NCBI GenBank assembly: GCA_963716395.1
Contig: OY970309.1
Span: 608,001-672,000 of the forward strand
DNA: 64,000 nucleotides
Direction of reading: 5' to 3'
Source of the DNA: an uncultured Fibrobacteria bacterium
GTDB taxonomy: Bacteria; Fibrobacterota; Fibrobacteria; UBA11236
Positions 62,399 to 64,000 of this stretch are shown here, piece after piece (the stretch's first letter is position 1; each line of letters starts with the position of its first letter). A model generated the notes under the pieces. The model made no database searches and was not told the DNA's origin. It saw only the letters and a list, made by a program, of their open reading frames with translations. The position numbers were made by a program, and so were the translations under genes.

Positions 62399-62950
62399 AT
62401 GAAAATCCGGCGCGGCGGACTTCTGGTTGCTGGACTGTTGGCGGCCTGCTCGCAGCAGGCGCCCCTGGAACAGCATGTGGTGCTGCATCCCAACAAAAGC
62501 ATTTGGAAGGAATGGTTCATTCGGCGCACGCCCCAGGGCGATACCGTGCTGCAGGGGCCGTTCAAAGAGTTTTATTGGAACGGCAGCCCCGCGCAGGTGA
62601 CACAATATCAGAACGGGCTGAAGGACGGCTCGGCGCAGGCCTGGTATGAAAACGGGGCGAACAAGTGGACCAAATTCTATCATCAGGGAAAACCCGACGG
62701 CGTGTGGAGACTTTACACCGAAGACGGCCGGCCTCGTCTGGAGGTGACCTACGCCAACGGCGCCATCCAAGGGACGGTGAAAATCTGGGACCAAAACGAC
62801 ACCACCTCGGTGCGATCCCTGACCTTTCAGCACGGCCAATGCATCGGCGGCGATTGTTCCGCCTTCGATTCGCTGCAGGCTTCGCCCCTCACGCCCACCG
62901 TCGCGGATAAAAATTCCGAAGCGGCGCGGATCCGCGATTTTCTGGAATAA
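62399..62950 (+). CDS. MORN-variant repeat (YwqK-like) lipoprotein
   Basis: Lipobox LAAC and repeated Y.NG..DG...WY.NG units. Confidence 0.82.
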   Translation: MKIRRGGLLVAGLLAACSQQAPLEQHVVLHPNKSIWKEWFIRRTPQGDTVLQGPFKEFYWNGSPAQVTQYQNGLKDGSAQAWYENGANKWTKFYHQGKPDGVWRLYTEDGRPRLEVTYANGAIQGTVKIWDQNDTTSVRSLTFQHGQCIGGDCSAFDSLQASPLTPTVADKNSEAARIRDFLE

Positions 62951-63000
62951 TCGGTCCGTCTATCGGCGGACGACTCCCGAGCCCGCCGAGGGACGGCCGC

Positions 63001-63849
63001 TCACGCAGCTTGCGTTGAGGCAGTAACGAGCTTCATTTCCTGCACCAACCGCTTCGCTTTCAACACCTCGGCGTGGGTTTCAGGAAAGGGCGGAATGCGA
63101 TCGTCCCATTCCACCATGGTCGGCGCGCCGCCGCACCGGGCATAGGCTTCGCGGTACAATTCCCACACCTCATCCCGTACCGGATGGTCATGGGTATCGA
63201 GCACATAGCTGCCATGATCCGAGTGCCCGGCCAAATGCATTTGCAGCACGCGGGTCATGTCGAGACCGCGCAGATAGGCGCGCGCCTCGAATCCGTGATT
63301 GCGCGACGACACATAGATGTTGTTCACATCGAGCATCATGCGGCAGCCCGCGCCTGCAACCACGGCCCGGTAAAACTCCCATTCGGGCATGGCATTCTCG
63401 GAGAACTCGACCACCGACGAGAGGTTTTCGATGCCGAAGGGCAGTTCGACGAAATCCTGCACGATGCGCGCCCTTTCGGCCACATAGCCGGCCACGCGGT
63501 CGGTGTAGGGGAGCGGCAGCAAATCGTGGTAATGATGACCGCCGAAGCGGGTCCAGCAGAGATGGTCGCTGAACCACGGGGCGCGCACGCGTTTGGCGAG
63601 AGCTTTGAGGCGGCGCAGATAATCGAAATCGAGGGCATCGGCCGATCCCAACGACAAGCACACACCGTGCAGCACCAGCGGATAGCGTTCGGCCGCCCGG
63701 TCGAGGTTGTACAGCGGCACGCCGTCGGTGTGCATGAAATTCTCCGCGATGATTTCGAAAAAATCGACAGCCGGGGAATGCTCGAAGATGTATTCATAAT
63801 GCGGAATGCGCAGGCCGAGGCCGAAGCCGAGATGGGGCGTTTCGGGCAT
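63001..63849 (-). CDS. DUF692 family multinuclear non-heme iron oxidative enzyme (MNIO)
   Basis: GLGLR..HY, EIIAENF, HGV.LSLG, SDHLCW, DLLPLP, EN, LDVNN.YV, HLAGH, DTH and EWD motifs. Confidence 0.95.
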   Translation of the reverse strand: MPETPHLGFGLGLRIPHYEYIFEHSPAVDFFEIIAENFMHTDGVPLYNLDRAAERYPLVLHGVCLSLGSADALDFDYLRRLKALAKRVRAPWFSDHLCWTRFGGHHYHDLLPLPYTDRVAGYVAERARIVQDFVELPFGIENLSSVVEFSENAMPEWEFYRAVVAGAGCRMMLDVNNIYVSSRNHGFEARAYLRGLDMTRVLQMHLAGHSDHGSYVLDTHDHPVRDEVWELYREAYARCGGAPTMVEWDDRIPPFPETHAEVLKAKRLVQEMKLVTASTQAA

Positions 63850-63990
63850 AAGTTCTTGTCAAAATAAAAAGGCCGAGAAAAGGATTAAAATTCGTAAACT
63901 CAGGCCTCGGCGTGAAATTCATTTGCTAGGAGTTGTTAACTTCTGTTTCCACTTTCCCTTCATTCTGTCGACATCCAAAAGGAGCACCTC

Positions 63991-64000
63991 ATGAAAACTC
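63991..64000 (+). CDS. Start of a gene divergent from the MNIO (MKT...), truncated by the window edge
   Basis: AAAGGAG RBS followed by ATG AAA ACT. Confidence 0.55.

Overview
High-GC bacterial chromosome segment, most likely Fibrobacterota. This assignment is an inference from a Fibrobacter-type LexA box upstream of recA, T9SS-like C-terminal domains and the futalosine-pathway gene mqnE. Most of the window is housekeeping: a Ser/Thr kinase, a divergent prs, glgP, ahpC, hisG/hisE, mscL, acs, prmA, ybeY, mqnE, panE, rpmG, hemB, topoisomerase IV-type parE/parC, recA, cinA, yicC, phoH, tRNA-Val, tRNA-Asp and glgB. Two VapBC-type toxin-antitoxin modules sit inside core gene runs, and one of them is frameshifted. 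A visibly more AT-rich accessory block at about 26.2-40.5 kb encodes a secreted ThuA-like protein, two tandem paralogous outer-membrane beta-barrels, a Hyi-like TIM barrel, a secreted PVC-type dehydrogenase lacking its heme domain, a porin and a Gfo/Idh/MocA oxidoreductase. This block is my best candidate for an undescribed surface-exposed oxidative glycoside utilisation system. Other points of interest are a PPi-dependent PEP carboxykinase, several short MITE-like elements with TWA-type targets whose ends coincide with stop codons, a possible histone-fold-like small protein, and a DUF692 (MNIO) gene with no downstream partner at the right edge. I saw no CRISPR array, rRNA or intact transposase. 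All family calls come from motif recognition by eye, not from database searches.
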